Positions 45,704 to 55,458 of a stretch of DNA of 64,000 nt are shown here, piece after piece. The notes under the pieces are model-generated. The model did no database searches, was not told the origin of the DNA, and saw nothing but the letters and a program-made list of their open reading frames with translations. Both the position numbers and the translations under genes were made by a program. Source of the stretch: an uncultured Bacilli bacterium. GTDB lineage: Bacteria > Bacillota_I > Bacilli_A > RF39 > UBA660. The stretch spans positions 2,476 through 66,475 of the forward strand of contig CANRPK010000003.1 in the NCBI GenBank assembly GCA_947632455.1, written 5' to 3'. Each line of letters starts with the position of its first letter. Position 1 is the stretch's first letter.

Positions 45704-47908
45704 TTGAAAAATAAAAGTTTTTTAAGAATGTTTATATTTCCTACAATAGTTATTGTAAGTTTATTAATAGTTCAAGCATTTTGTGATTTGGAATTACCCG
45801 AATATACTTCAAATATAATTAATAATGGTATTCAATCAAGTGGTATAACATCTAGTGTACCAGAAGTTATTCCCGAAAGTATTTATAATAATTTACATAA
45901 AATAAGTAATCATAATATTGGTTTAGAAGCTAGTTATGATTTAATTATAAAAGATCATTTAAATTCTCAAGACTTTAAAGAACTTTCTGAAAAATATCCA
46001 ATTTTAAAAGAAGAGAATATATATCTTTTAACTAAATTAAATTCTAAAGAAGAAGCTCAATTAGAAAAACAAATAATAAAACCATTAATTATTACAATGT
46101 TATTAGAAACTAATAATGAAGCTATTTTAAAATCATTAAATATATCTTTAAATAATGATGAAAAATTAATAGATATGCTAAACACTTTAGATCCTGAAAC
46201 TTATAATAATATTATCAGTAGTGCACTTTCATCTTTAGATAAAATTGATAATTCTATGTTATCTGAATATGGTCATTTAAGTGTTAAAGAAATATATGAG
46301 ATAACTGGTATTAACATGAATAAATATCAAATAAATTATATTATTCATGAAGGTTTAATCATGTTAGGAATTGCCGCTATAGGTATGCTAGTTGCTATTG
46401 GAGTAGGTTATTTAACTAGTAAGTTAGCCTCAAGAGTAAGTTATTTCTTAAGATATAAAGTTGTAAGTAAAATCTTAGCTTTTTCTTCTAAAGAATTTAA
46501 AGAATTTGGAGCATCAAGCTTAATTACTCGTGCCACTAATGATATTGAACAAATAAAAATGTTTACAATTATGCTTTTAAGAACTGTAGTATTTGCGCCA
46601 ATCATGGGAATAGGAGCTTTTATCAAAGTTTATGATAATCCCCTAAATTGGTTAATAGCTATTGCTATTATTGCTGTCTTAGTCTTAATTAGTATTTTAT
46701 TTAGCTTTGCAATGCCTAAGTTTAAAAGTATGCAAAAATTAATCGATAAAATGAATTTAGTTTCCCGTGAGATAGTGACAGGTATGCCTGTTATTAGAAC
46801 TTTTCATACAGAAGAATTTGAAGAGAAACGTTTTGATGAAGCCAATAATCAATTAACTAAAACAAATTTATTTATTAATCGTTTAATGAGTATTATGATG
46901 CCATCTATGATGTTAGTCATGAATATAATCAGTATTTTAATTGTTTGGTTTGGAGCTAAACAAATTGATTTAGGTACTTTACAAGTAGGAACTCTTTTAG
47001 CATTTATTACTTATACTATGCAAATAATAATGTCTTTCTTAATGATTTCTATGGTATCCGTTATGTTACCACGAGCTATTGTCTCAGTAAAAAGAATTAA
47101 AGAAATTCTAAAAAAAGAGATAACTATAAAAGAACCTACTAATCCTGAACCATTTAATGAAAAAGAAAAAGGTGTCATTGAATTTAAAGATGTAAGTTTC
47201 CAATATCCTGATGCTGATGAAGCTATGTTAAAAAATATTTCCTTTAAAGCAACCCCAGGAACAACTACTGCTTTTATAGGTTCTACTGGATCAGGTAAAT
47301 CAACATTAATTAATCTTATTCCTCGCTTTTTTGACGTAACAAAAGGATCTATCTTTGTCGATGGCGTAGATATAAGGAAAGCAAACCTTGAAGAATTGCG
47401 TAATAAAATTGGTTATGTTCCTCAAAAGGGTACATTATTTTCTGGAACTATTGAATCCAATTTAAAATTAGGTAATGATAATTTAAGTGCTAATCAAATG
47501 GAAGAATGTGCCAAAATAAGCCAATCTCTAGAATTTATAAATACTAAAGAGAAAAAATATCAAAGTCCAATTTCTCAAGGTGGAACTAATGTCAGTGGTG
47601 GTCAAAAACAAAGGCTATCCATTGCTCGTGCTATTGCTAAAAATCCTGAAATATATATATTTGATGATTCCTTTAGTGCTTTAGATTTTAAAACTGATGC
47701 TGCACTACGTTCAGCTCTCCAAGATGCAGCTAAGGATGCTACAATTTTAATTGTTGCGCAAAGAATAAGTACGATAATGAATGCTGATAATATAATTGTT
47801 TTAAATGAAGGAGAAATAATTGGGGCAGGTACTCATAAAGAATTATTAAAAAAATGCCCAATATATAAAGAAATTGCTCTTTCTCAATTAAAGGAGGAGG
47901 AACTATAA
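45704..47908 (+). CDS. ABC exporter permease/ATPase fusion (partner 1) with a ~190-aa extracytoplasmic insert after TM1
   Basis: Walker A GSTGSGKST, signature VSGGQKQRLSIARA, Walker B IYIFDDSFSALD. Confidence 0.9.
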   Translation: MKNKSFLRMFIFPTIVIVSLLIVQAFCDLELPEYTSNIINNGIQSSGITSSVPEVIPESIYNNLHKISNHNIGLEASYDLIIKDHLNSQDFKELSEKYPILKEENIYLLTKLNSKEEAQLEKQIIKPLIITMLLETNNEAILKSLNISLNNDEKLIDMLNTLDPETYNNIISSALSSLDKIDNSMLSEYGHLSVKEIYEITGINMNKYQINYIIHEGLIMLGIAAIGMLVAIGVGYLTSKLASRVSYFLRYKVVSKILAFSSKEFKEFGASSLITRATNDIEQIKMFTIMLLRTVVFAPIMGIGAFIKVYDNPLNWLIAIAIIAVLVLISILFSFAMPKFKSMQKLIDKMNLVSREIVTGMPVIRTFHTEEFEEKRFDEANNQLTKTNLFINRLMSIMMPSMMLVMNIISILIVWFGAKQIDLGTLQVGTLLAFITYTMQIIMSFLMISMVSVMLPRAIVSVKRIKEILKKEITIKEPTNPEPFNEKEKGVIEFKDVSFQYPDADEAMLKNISFKATPGTTTAFIGSTGSGKSTLINLIPRFFDVTKGSIFVDGVDIRKANLEELRNKIGYVPQKGTLFSGTIESNLKLGNDNLSANQMEECAKISQSLEFINTKEKKYQSPISQGGTNVSGGQKQRLSIARAIAKNPEIYIFDDSFSALDFKTDAALRSALQDAAKDATILIVAQRISTIMNADNIIVLNEGEIIGAGTHKELLKKCPIYKEIALSQLKEEEL

Positions 47909-49692
47909 TGCCAAGAATGCGTACAGTCGAAAAAGTAAAAGATTTCAAGGGAACTGTTAAAAGATTATATAAAAGAATATCTAAATATAAATTTTTAATT
48001 ATATTAGCTTTCCTTTTTGCTATTGGAAGTACAGTTTTTGCTATCATATCTCCAAAGATATTAGGAAATGCTACAACTGAGATTTATACTGGCCTAATTG
48101 CCAAAATAAATGGAGTAGGCACCATTAATTTCCAAAGAATTTCTCATATTTTAATTACTTTAGCCATCCTTTATATTATTAGTGCTTTATTTAGTTATAT
48201 TCAAAGTTTAATAATGACAAGTGTATCTCAAAAAGCTAGTTATGAATTACGAAAAGAAGTATCTGTAAAACTAAATAATTTACCTATGAAATATTATGAT
48301 AAACAATTAACAGGTGATATTTTATCTATAATTACTAATGATATAGATACATTACAAATAAGTTTAAATGGTTCACTAACCCAAATAGTTAGTGCTATAG
48401 TTACTATTATTGGAATATTTATTATGATGCTATCAATTAATGTATCTCTAGCTATTATAACGGCTTTAGTTTTACCATTTGCTTCTTTAATTGTTTTATT
48501 AATTGTTAGTAAAAGTCAAAAACATTTCGTAGCTCAACAAAAATATCTTGCTGAAGTAGATGCTGAAGTAGAAGAAATGATAAGTGGATATACAGTCATA
48601 AAAGCTTTTAATGCTGAAGAAAAAACTTTAAATAAATTTAATGAAGATAATTTAAAACTTCAAGATGCCGGTTTTAAATCTCAATTCTTATCTGGTCTAA
48701 TGCATCCAATTATGAATTTTGTAGGTAATTTAAATTATGCAATAATTGCTATAATTGGTTCATTGTATGCGATAAAAGGTAAAATAACTGTTGGTAATAT
48801 TCAAAGTTTTATTCAATATTCTCGTCAATTTACTAATCCTATTGCTCAATTAGCTCAAATTTCTAATCAAATTCAATCTATGCTAGCTGCTAGTGAAAGA
48901 GTATTTAACTTCTTAAGTGAAGAAGAACAAATAGATGAAGGTACTCTTAGTGCTAACAAAGTAGAGGGAAATATTGAATTTAAGAATGTTAAATTTGGAT
49001 ATAATCCTAATAAAATTATTATCAAAGATTTTAACGCTAAAGTAAAAAAAGGGGAAAAGATTGCCATTGTAGGTCCAACCAGTGCTGGAAAAACTACTAT
49101 TGTCAAATTATTAATGCGTTTTTATGAATTAAATAGTGGAGAAATCTTACTTGATGGTAAAAATATTACTGAATATAAACGTAGTGAATTAGAGAGTGTT
49201 TTCGCTATGGTTTTACAAGATACCTGGTTATTTAATGGTACTATCATGGATAACTTAAGATATGGAAACTTAAATGCCTCTGATAAAGAAGTAATAGCCG
49301 CGGCTAAAACAGCTAGTGCAGATTATTTTATTCATACTTTACCAGAAGGATATAATATGGTTTTAAATGAAGAAACAAGTAATATTAGTGGAGGTCAAAA
49401 ACAATTATTAACTATTGCAAGAGCAATATTAGCTAATCCCAAAGTTTTAATATTAGATGAAGCCACTTCAAACGTTGATACCAGAACTGAAGAATTAATT
49501 CAAAAAGCCATGGATAAAGTCATGGAAGGAAGAACTTCATTTATTATTGCCCATCGTTTATCTACCATTAAAAATGCTGATCTAATTTTAGTTATGAATG
49601 AAGGAGATATAGTAGAAGTAGGAAAACATGAAGAATTGTTAAAGAAAAATGGTTTCTATGCTACTATATATAATTCTCAATTTGAAAAATAA
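47908..49692 (+). CDS. ABC exporter permease/ATPase fusion (partner 2)
   Basis: ATAATG coupling. Walker A GPTSAGKTT, signature ISGGQKQLLTIARA, Walker B VLILDEATSNVD. Confidence 0.9.
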   Translation: MPRMRTVEKVKDFKGTVKRLYKRISKYKFLIILAFLFAIGSTVFAIISPKILGNATTEIYTGLIAKINGVGTINFQRISHILITLAILYIISALFSYIQSLIMTSVSQKASYELRKEVSVKLNNLPMKYYDKQLTGDILSIITNDIDTLQISLNGSLTQIVSAIVTIIGIFIMMLSINVSLAIITALVLPFASLIVLLIVSKSQKHFVAQQKYLAEVDAEVEEMISGYTVIKAFNAEEKTLNKFNEDNLKLQDAGFKSQFLSGLMHPIMNFVGNLNYAIIAIIGSLYAIKGKITVGNIQSFIQYSRQFTNPIAQLAQISNQIQSMLAASERVFNFLSEEEQIDEGTLSANKVEGNIEFKNVKFGYNPNKIIIKDFNAKVKKGEKIAIVGPTSAGKTTIVKLLMRFYELNSGEILLDGKNITEYKRSELESVFAMVLQDTWLFNGTIMDNLRYGNLNASDKEVIAAAKTASADYFIHTLPEGYNMVLNEETSNISGGQKQLLTIARAILANPKVLILDEATSNVDTRTEELIQKAMDKVMEGRTSFIIAHRLSTIKNADLILVMNEGDIVEVGKHEELLKKNGFYATIYNSQFEK

Positions 49693-49722
49693 AAAGTCGC
49701 TTTTAAAGCGACTAATTTTTTT
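49691..49722. terminator. Bidirectional terminator shared by the ABC operon and the convergent XRE gene
   Basis: AGTCGCTT-TTA-AAGCGACT flanked by an A-run and a T-run. Confidence 0.6.
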
Positions 49723-49957
49723 GTATTAATTTATCTAAACTTACATCTAAAGCAATAGAAATTCTATATAAAGTATCTACCGAAAAAGTATTAGCAACTT
49801 TTTCACTTTCAATTTGGCGAATAAAATCATGAGATAAATCTACTAATTCCGCCAGTTGAGCCGCCGTCATTCCTTTTTCTTTTCGATATTTTTTTATATT
49901 TTTTCGAATGGTTCCATAAATATCCGTATCAAATTGCAATTTCTTCAAACTAACCAC
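49712..49957 (-). CDS. XRE-family HTH regulator (81 aa), divergent from copy 4
   Basis: MTAAQLAELVDLSHDFIRQIESEK is a Cro/C1 HTH. Confidence 0.8.
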   Translation of the reverse strand: MVSLKKLQFDTDIYGTIRKNIKKYRKEKGMTAAQLAELVDLSHDFIRQIESEKVANTFSVDTLYRISIALDVSLDKLIQKN

Positions 49958-49994
49958 CTTTAATTTAATTGTAAGCTATTGCCTAACAGAAATA

Positions 49995-50013
49995 TGTGAT
50001 TGAATAAATCACA
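49995..50013. promoter_or_regulatory. Inverted repeat TGTGATT-N5-AATCACA (candidate operator)
   Basis: Located in the divergent intergenic region. ATATGTGA occurs twice. Confidence 0.4.
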
Positions 50014-50030
50014 AAAAAATATGTGAACTA

Positions 50031-50059
50031 TTGACTTACAAATTAGTTTATGCTAATAT
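50031..50059 (+). promoter_or_regulatory. Promoter of copy 4
   Basis: TTGACT, 17-nt spacer, TAATAT. Confidence 0.5.
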
Positions 50060-50090
50060 AAAATTATCATAGAAACGGAGAATACGATAT

Positions 50091-52040
50091 ATGACAAAAA
50101 ATCGCATATTAATTGCAATAGTAAGTGTATTGCTTATTGGGGTAGGAATAAGTATGGCATATTTTGCCGCAAAGGTAAGTAGTACAGGTGGAGGAATAAG
50201 TACAGAAGTAACAACCGCTAAAATAGGCGATGTAACAATAGAGATGTATGGAAAATTAGATTTAGATGTTGAAGATATGTATCCAGGACATTCAGATGTA
50301 TCAAGATTAGATGTAAAAGCTACGGGAGATAATAGATTAGTCGCATATAATTTAGTGTGGGCAGGAACAAATAGCCTACAAACAAAAATAGAATATATAG
50401 TATATAGAGTAACAAATACTTTAGAAGTAAGTAGTGCTTGTGAAGTAAAAACAAAAATAATAGAAGAAGGACAAGCCGTATATGAAGAATGTAAAATAAA
50501 TAATATAGATAAATTAGGAAGTCCAGTAGGAAGTGGAACAATAGAGACTGGCGAAGAAATATTAGTAGAGGATGAATTTATAAATGCTAGTCCAACCGGA
50601 GAAGAAATCCATTATTATGTGGTATTAACATATCCAAATAAAGAAGAAGATCAAGATTATGATAGAACAGGGGAATTTAGTGGCGAGATAAAAATAACCA
50701 ATAGTGATGCTAAACCAGATATAACAATCTTAGCCGCATATGTAGAAGATGAAAAGACAGGTAAGTTTAATGAAGCAAAGAAGATACCTGAAGGAGAATA
50801 TAAACTAAATAATAGAAGTACATGTACAAATGGAGCAACCCCAATATGGGATACAAATAATAAAGGATTATTAGTTGCAAATTTAACAGAAACAGGAACT
50901 AGTTGTGTTTTATATTTTGAAAAGAAATATGCATCAGATGATATGTTAGCAAAACTAGAGGCAGCAAGACAAGCAAAATTCAATATCGAAAAGATGCCAA
51001 ATCCCCTCACCGGACCATATAGTGGCGATGCTAGTTCTGATCAACCAATAGCGAATGATAAATTATATACAAGTCCAGATAATTATGGAAGAAGTTATGT
51101 ATTTAGAGGAAACAATTATGATGTTCACAACTGGGTAACATTCGCAGGACATACATGGAGAATAATCAGAATAAATGGAGATGGCACATTAAGATTAATA
51201 TATCAATGTGCTACCCCAGGATGTACAACAACTGAAGGAGAAGGAACTCACATAGGAACAAGTATATATAAGTCAGAAGCAATAGATGATAATACCTATG
51301 TAGGATATTATTATGGAGAACCAGGACAAGAAACATATGATGCCACTCATACAAATGCTCATCAAAGTACTATAGCTAAATATATTTCAGATTGGTATAG
51401 TGGAACAGGAGCAATGACAAATTATACTAAATATTTAAGTGGAGATACAGGATGGTGTAATGACCGAACAGCAGTTAAAAATTTTTTGAATGGATATGAA
51501 GGTGATGGTACGGGTAAAACTTTAACAGGATATGCGCTATCAACAAGACTAATTGCAAAAGGCGGAGCCTGGAGATTAAAACAATATCCGACCTTAAAAT
51601 GTGGAGCGGTAATGCCAGAAGAAAATCCAACAGAAGAAGAAGGAGCAAAATATTTTAGCAATTTTGAAGTAGACAATACTGCTTTAAAAAGAGATTTATA
51701 TACAACAATAGGTTCTAGTAATGGAAATAAAGTATTAGATGTTCCAGCAGCCTTAGTTACAACTGATGAAGTAGCTATGGCAGGAGGCTTTGGAGGTACA
51801 GCTTCTACAAATTATTGGCTATATACAAATCAATATTATTGGGCAATGTCTTCTTGGGGTTATTTTTCAGAAGGCTTTGCTCGTGCGTGGGTTACACAGG
51901 AGGGTGGTGCCTTATGGGGTGCCTGGGAAGTACGTCGTAGTTACGGTGTCCGCCCAGTAATAAATTTAAATGCTGATGTAACATTTAGTGGAGGAACAGG
52001 TACATCAAGTAATCCATTTGTAGTAAATACAAGTAATTAA
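50091..52040 (+). CDS. Paralog family protein, copy 4, with an extra TasA/camelysin-like N-terminal domain
   Basis: N-terminus ILIAIVSVLLIGVGISMAYFAAKVSS and MYPGHSDVSRLDVKATG (TasA-like), followed by the shared core from DDMLAKLEAARQ to GVRPVINLNADVTFSGG. Confidence 0.85.
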   Translation: MTKNRILIAIVSVLLIGVGISMAYFAAKVSSTGGGISTEVTTAKIGDVTIEMYGKLDLDVEDMYPGHSDVSRLDVKATGDNRLVAYNLVWAGTNSLQTKIEYIVYRVTNTLEVSSACEVKTKIIEEGQAVYEECKINNIDKLGSPVGSGTIETGEEILVEDEFINASPTGEEIHYYVVLTYPNKEEDQDYDRTGEFSGEIKITNSDAKPDITILAAYVEDEKTGKFNEAKKIPEGEYKLNNRSTCTNGATPIWDTNNKGLLVANLTETGTSCVLYFEKKYASDDMLAKLEAARQAKFNIEKMPNPLTGPYSGDASSDQPIANDKLYTSPDNYGRSYVFRGNNYDVHNWVTFAGHTWRIIRINGDGTLRLIYQCATPGCTTTEGEGTHIGTSIYKSEAIDDNTYVGYYYGEPGQETYDATHTNAHQSTIAKYISDWYSGTGAMTNYTKYLSGDTGWCNDRTAVKNFLNGYEGDGTGKTLTGYALSTRLIAKGGAWRLKQYPTLKCGAVMPEENPTEEEGAKYFSNFEVDNTALKRDLYTTIGSSNGNKVLDVPAALVTTDEVAMAGGFGGTASTNYWLYTNQYYWAMSSWGYFSEGFARAWVTQEGGALWGAWEVRRSYGVRPVINLNADVTFSGGTGTSSNPFVVNTSN

Positions 52041-52043
52041 ATA

Positions 52044-52076
52044 CATGCCTATAATGCTTATTCATTTATAGGCATG
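52044..52076 (+). other. Conserved post-stop hairpin, copy 4
   Basis: Stem CATGCCTATAA/TTATAGGCATG with the related loop TGCTTATTCAT. Confidence 0.6.
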
Positions 52077-52105
52077 AGGCCAACCCTTTACCGGCCTAAC
52101 ATATT

Positions 52106-52131
52106 AGAATGAAGATTTCTTCATTCTTTTT
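52106..52131 (+). terminator. Rho-independent terminator of copy 4
   Basis: AGAATGAAGA/TCTTCATTCT followed by TTTT. Confidence 0.6.
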
Positions 52132-52184
52132 AGTATTTAAAATTAAAATAATAAATGTTATAATAAATTAAGAGGTGTTAACTA

Positions 52185-52706
52185 ATGAATAAAAAAAATA
52201 TTGTTGATTTAATTACAAATATTGCTTTATTAATTCTATCTTGTGTTATTCTTTTATTTCCAAATTTAAAAATAGTAAATATTAAACTAGTTTTAGGTTT
52301 ATTATTTGGCTTTTCAACTATTTTTAAATTAACAAGTTTTATTATAGTCTTTAAAGAAAAAGATTATGAAAGCCTATTTACTAGTATTATATCCGCGGCT
52401 GGTTTAATTTCTATTTTCTTTTTAGAATTAACTACAAAAAATATTGCTTTAATTTTATTAATATGGTTAGCTTTAATGTGTATAATAAAATTAAAAAAAG
52501 CAGATTATTATCATGATCGAAAAAATAAAATGTGGATATTTCAAATTTTTAATTTAATTGCGTTTTTAACTATTAATTTAATTTTATGTTTAAACTTAAT
52601 GTATAAAAATGAAATTCAAATTTTAATAATAAGCTTCTATTTTATAATTAATTATTTATTAGATAGTTTAGCTCCTTTAGTAAGTTATTTAATGGAGAGT
52701 AAATAA
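52185..52706 (+). CDS. Multi-pass membrane protein, hypothetical
   Basis: 173 aa with about 6 hydrophobic helices. Confidence 0.5.
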   Translation: MNKKNIVDLITNIALLILSCVILLFPNLKIVNIKLVLGLLFGFSTIFKLTSFIIVFKEKDYESLFTSIISAAGLISIFFLELTTKNIALILLIWLALMCIIKLKKADYYHDRKNKMWIFQIFNLIAFLTINLILCLNLMYKNEIQILIISFYFIINYLLDSLAPLVSYLMESK

Positions 52707-53572
52707 TGACAATAATAAATGATTTTGAAGAATATAAAATTCTTGATATGGCTAATGGTCAAAAATTAGAGAAGTGGGGTAATTATATTTTATCAAGACC
52801 AGATCCTCAAATTATATGGCCAGAAAAAAGTACTAATCTTTGGGAAAATGCCCACGCTATATATGAAAGAAGTAAAACAGGAGGGGGAGCTTGGAATATA
52901 AAAAAGAAGCTACCTAATTCTTGGGTAATAAATTATCAAGATTTAAAGTTTAATTTAAAATTAATGGGCTTTAAACATACAGGCTTATTTCCAGAACAAG
53001 CTTATAATTGGAATTTAATTCGTCAAAAAATAAAGCAAGCTAATCGTCAAGTAAAAGTTTTAAATCTTTTTGCCTATACTGGAGCCGCCTCAATCGCTGC
53101 TTTAAAAGAAGGCGCACAAGTAGTTCATGTAGACTCCTCTCGGGGCATGATTGATTGGGCTAAAGAAAATGTTAAAATAAATAATTTAGAACAAGAAGAA
53201 ATTCATTTTTTAGTTGATGATGTTCGCAAATTTGTCAAAAGAGAAATAAGAAGGGGGAATAAATATGACATTATTATTATGGACCCACCATCATTTGGTC
53301 GAGGCAGTAAAAATGAAGTATGGAATATTGAAAATGATTTAGCCTCCCTTATATCTGATACATCATTATTATTGAGCGACAACCCTTTACTATTTATTGT
53401 CAATTCCTATACAACCGGCTTAAGCCAAATAGTTATTGAAAACTTATTAAATATTTACATAATGCCTAAATATCAAGGTAAAGTTATGAGTACTGAACTT
53501 GTTTTACCAATGGAAAATTCATCTTTAGTATTACCTTGTGGTTCAACAATTAGATGGGAAAATAATTTTTAG
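52706..53572 (+). CDS. Class I SAM-dependent methyltransferase (RlmI/YwbD-like catalytic domain)
   Basis: VLNLFAYTGAASIAA (SAM motif I) and IIIMDPPSFGRG (motif IV). Confidence 0.75.
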   Translation: MTIINDFEEYKILDMANGQKLEKWGNYILSRPDPQIIWPEKSTNLWENAHAIYERSKTGGGAWNIKKKLPNSWVINYQDLKFNLKLMGFKHTGLFPEQAYNWNLIRQKIKQANRQVKVLNLFAYTGAASIAALKEGAQVVHVDSSRGMIDWAKENVKINNLEQEEIHFLVDDVRKFVKREIRRGNKYDIIIMDPPSFGRGSKNEVWNIENDLASLISDTSLLLSDNPLLFIVNSYTTGLSQIVIENLLNIYIMPKYQGKVMSTELVLPMENSSLVLPCGSTIRWENNF

Positions 53573-53628
53573 TCTAAAATTAAAATAGCTTACATATATT
53601 TAATTAGAAAGTTGAGGAAATTAAATAT

Positions 53629-53889
53629 ATGGAAATATTAAAAGTATCTAGTAAATCAAATCCTAGTAAAGTCGCGGGTGCGATTGCCAACATTTTTCGA
53701 GAAAAGGGCAATGTAGAAATCCAAACAATCGGTGCTGGAGCATTAAATCAAGCAATTAAAGGTATAGCTATAGCGCGAGGATTTGTTGCACCTAGTGGTG
53801 ATAATTTAGTAGTTATACCAGCCTTTAATGATGTAGTAATTAATGGCGAAGATAAAACCGCGATGAAATTAATAGTAACCAAAAAGTAA
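53629..53889 (+). CDS. spoVS: Stage V sporulation protein S
   Basis: 86 aa. LKVSSKSNPSKVAGAIANIFRE..IQTIGAGALNQAIKGIAIARGF. Confidence 0.9.
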   Translation: MEILKVSSKSNPSKVAGAIANIFREKGNVEIQTIGAGALNQAIKGIAIARGFVAPSGDNLVVIPAFNDVVINGEDKTAMKLIVTKK

Positions 53890-53956
53890 ATAATAATATT
53901 TACTTTTTTTAATTGCCTTTATATTCTAAATCTTATATAATTATAATGGTGATACT

Positions 53957-54196
53957 ATGAACAATGTTATATTAACTGATATTGATGGCAATAAATATAA
54001 AGCCGAAATTGTTTTTACTCATTTTGATTATTCATATAATAAAGATTATATAGTTTATATGATTGATAATGACTTGCTAGCTTCTTCCTATGAAAAAGTA
54101 GACAATAAATATATTATCAATAATGATTTAACAAGTGGGGAATATGATATGCTAGATAAGATGATAGAAAGAAAAATGAGTGAGTTAAATGCCTAG
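53957..54196 (+). CDS. DUF1292-family small protein
   Basis: TDIDGNKYKAEIVFTHFD...YIVYMIDND layout. Confidence 0.5.
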   Translation: MNNVILTDIDGNKYKAEIVFTHFDYSYNKDYIVYMIDNDLLASSYEKVDNKYIINNDLTSGEYDMLDKMIERKMSELNA

Positions 54197-55454
54197 ATAT
54201 TATTTTGAACTAACTGAAAATGGTCGAAAATACTATAAAATTGATCAAACAAGTACCAAATCTTTATCACCTGAAGAATTAAAAACTATTATAGACGCTA
54301 TGACAACCAGTAAAATATTTGATATAGCGCCTCTTAATGATAATACCATTAATATAACATTTACCAACACAATGGAACTAATACTAGATAAAAATTTCTT
54401 TCATTACAAAGAATACAATCCTGAAGTTGAAGCTCTAAGAAATAAAATAATTGCTTACACAACTGAATTAGAAAAAACAAGATTAGAAAATTTTTCTAAA
54501 AGATATAATGGATATGTACCCCAAATTAATCGTCATAAAAGTAAAAATAGAAAACCAATGTTTGTGGCAATCTCTTTAGCCGGAGCAATATTTATTACCG
54601 GTTTAGGTATAAGCCTAGCTAAAAATTCCAAAAATAATCAAGCCGAAAAAGAACAAATAATAATCTCTAGTGAAAATCCCGAAGAACCAACATATATTGC
54701 TGATAATGTATTAAGTGACATTGAACCTTCTTTTGAAGTTGCTTCTGAAGAAATAATTGAAGAACCAATAAATACTGAACCTAATATCATCATCGATTAC
54801 AGTTTTAAAAATATTTCTCAAGATGGTAAATTAGCTACTACTGAAGAATATTTAGGAGATTATATTTCTTATTATAGTGCTAGATGGGGCTTACCAACTG
54901 ACTTAGTTTTAGCCCAAATAACTCAAGAAAGACCAAGTATTGTTGATGGAAATTGTAAAAATCCATGTCAAATAACTTATAGATATTTTATTGGCGAAAC
55001 TTTTAAAATGCCAGTTTATGATGCTAATGGTTTTACTGGAACATATGATGAATTTACTGTTAGTGAAGCATCATTAAATAGTAATGAAGGCAATATTATG
55101 GCTGGTATAGCTTATCTACGCAAATGTATTGATAGTACTAAAAGTTTATTTACCGGCTTATATTTATATAATCAAGGAGAGCCATCATTAAGACAAGCAT
55201 GTAAATATTATAATTATAATATAGATGATTATAAAGGCGATGCTAATTCTCTAGCAGCCTGTGAATTAATAACAACATATAATAGGGAAGTTCATGGTCA
55301 AAATTATGGTGATTACAATTATTTAGCTAATGTTTTTCGATATTTACCAACTTCAGATCGTGGTAATGAAGTTTTAAGTTATTATTCTGGCGAAGAAAAA
55401 ATAAATATTGAACTAAATAATACTTTATTATATAATAGCGAACTATCGAGGTGA
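54189..55454 (+). CDS. Membrane-anchored protein with a C-terminal lysozyme/SLT-like domain
   Basis: Central TM MFVAISLAGAIFITGLGISL. The C-terminus has WGLPTDLVLAQITQE, AGIAYLRKC and LYLYNQGE, reminiscent of lytic transglycosylase motifs. Confidence 0.4.
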   Translation: MPRYYFELTENGRKYYKIDQTSTKSLSPEELKTIIDAMTTSKIFDIAPLNDNTINITFTNTMELILDKNFFHYKEYNPEVEALRNKIIAYTTELEKTRLENFSKRYNGYVPQINRHKSKNRKPMFVAISLAGAIFITGLGISLAKNSKNNQAEKEQIIISSENPEEPTYIADNVLSDIEPSFEVASEEIIEEPINTEPNIIIDYSFKNISQDGKLATTEEYLGDYISYYSARWGLPTDLVLAQITQERPSIVDGNCKNPCQITYRYFIGETFKMPVYDANGFTGTYDEFTVSEASLNSNEGNIMAGIAYLRKCIDSTKSLFTGLYLYNQGEPSLRQACKYYNYNIDDYKGDANSLAACELITTYNREVHGQNYGDYNYLANVFRYLPTSDRGNEVLSYYSGEEKINIELNNTLLYNSELSR

Positions 55455-55458
55455 TAAT

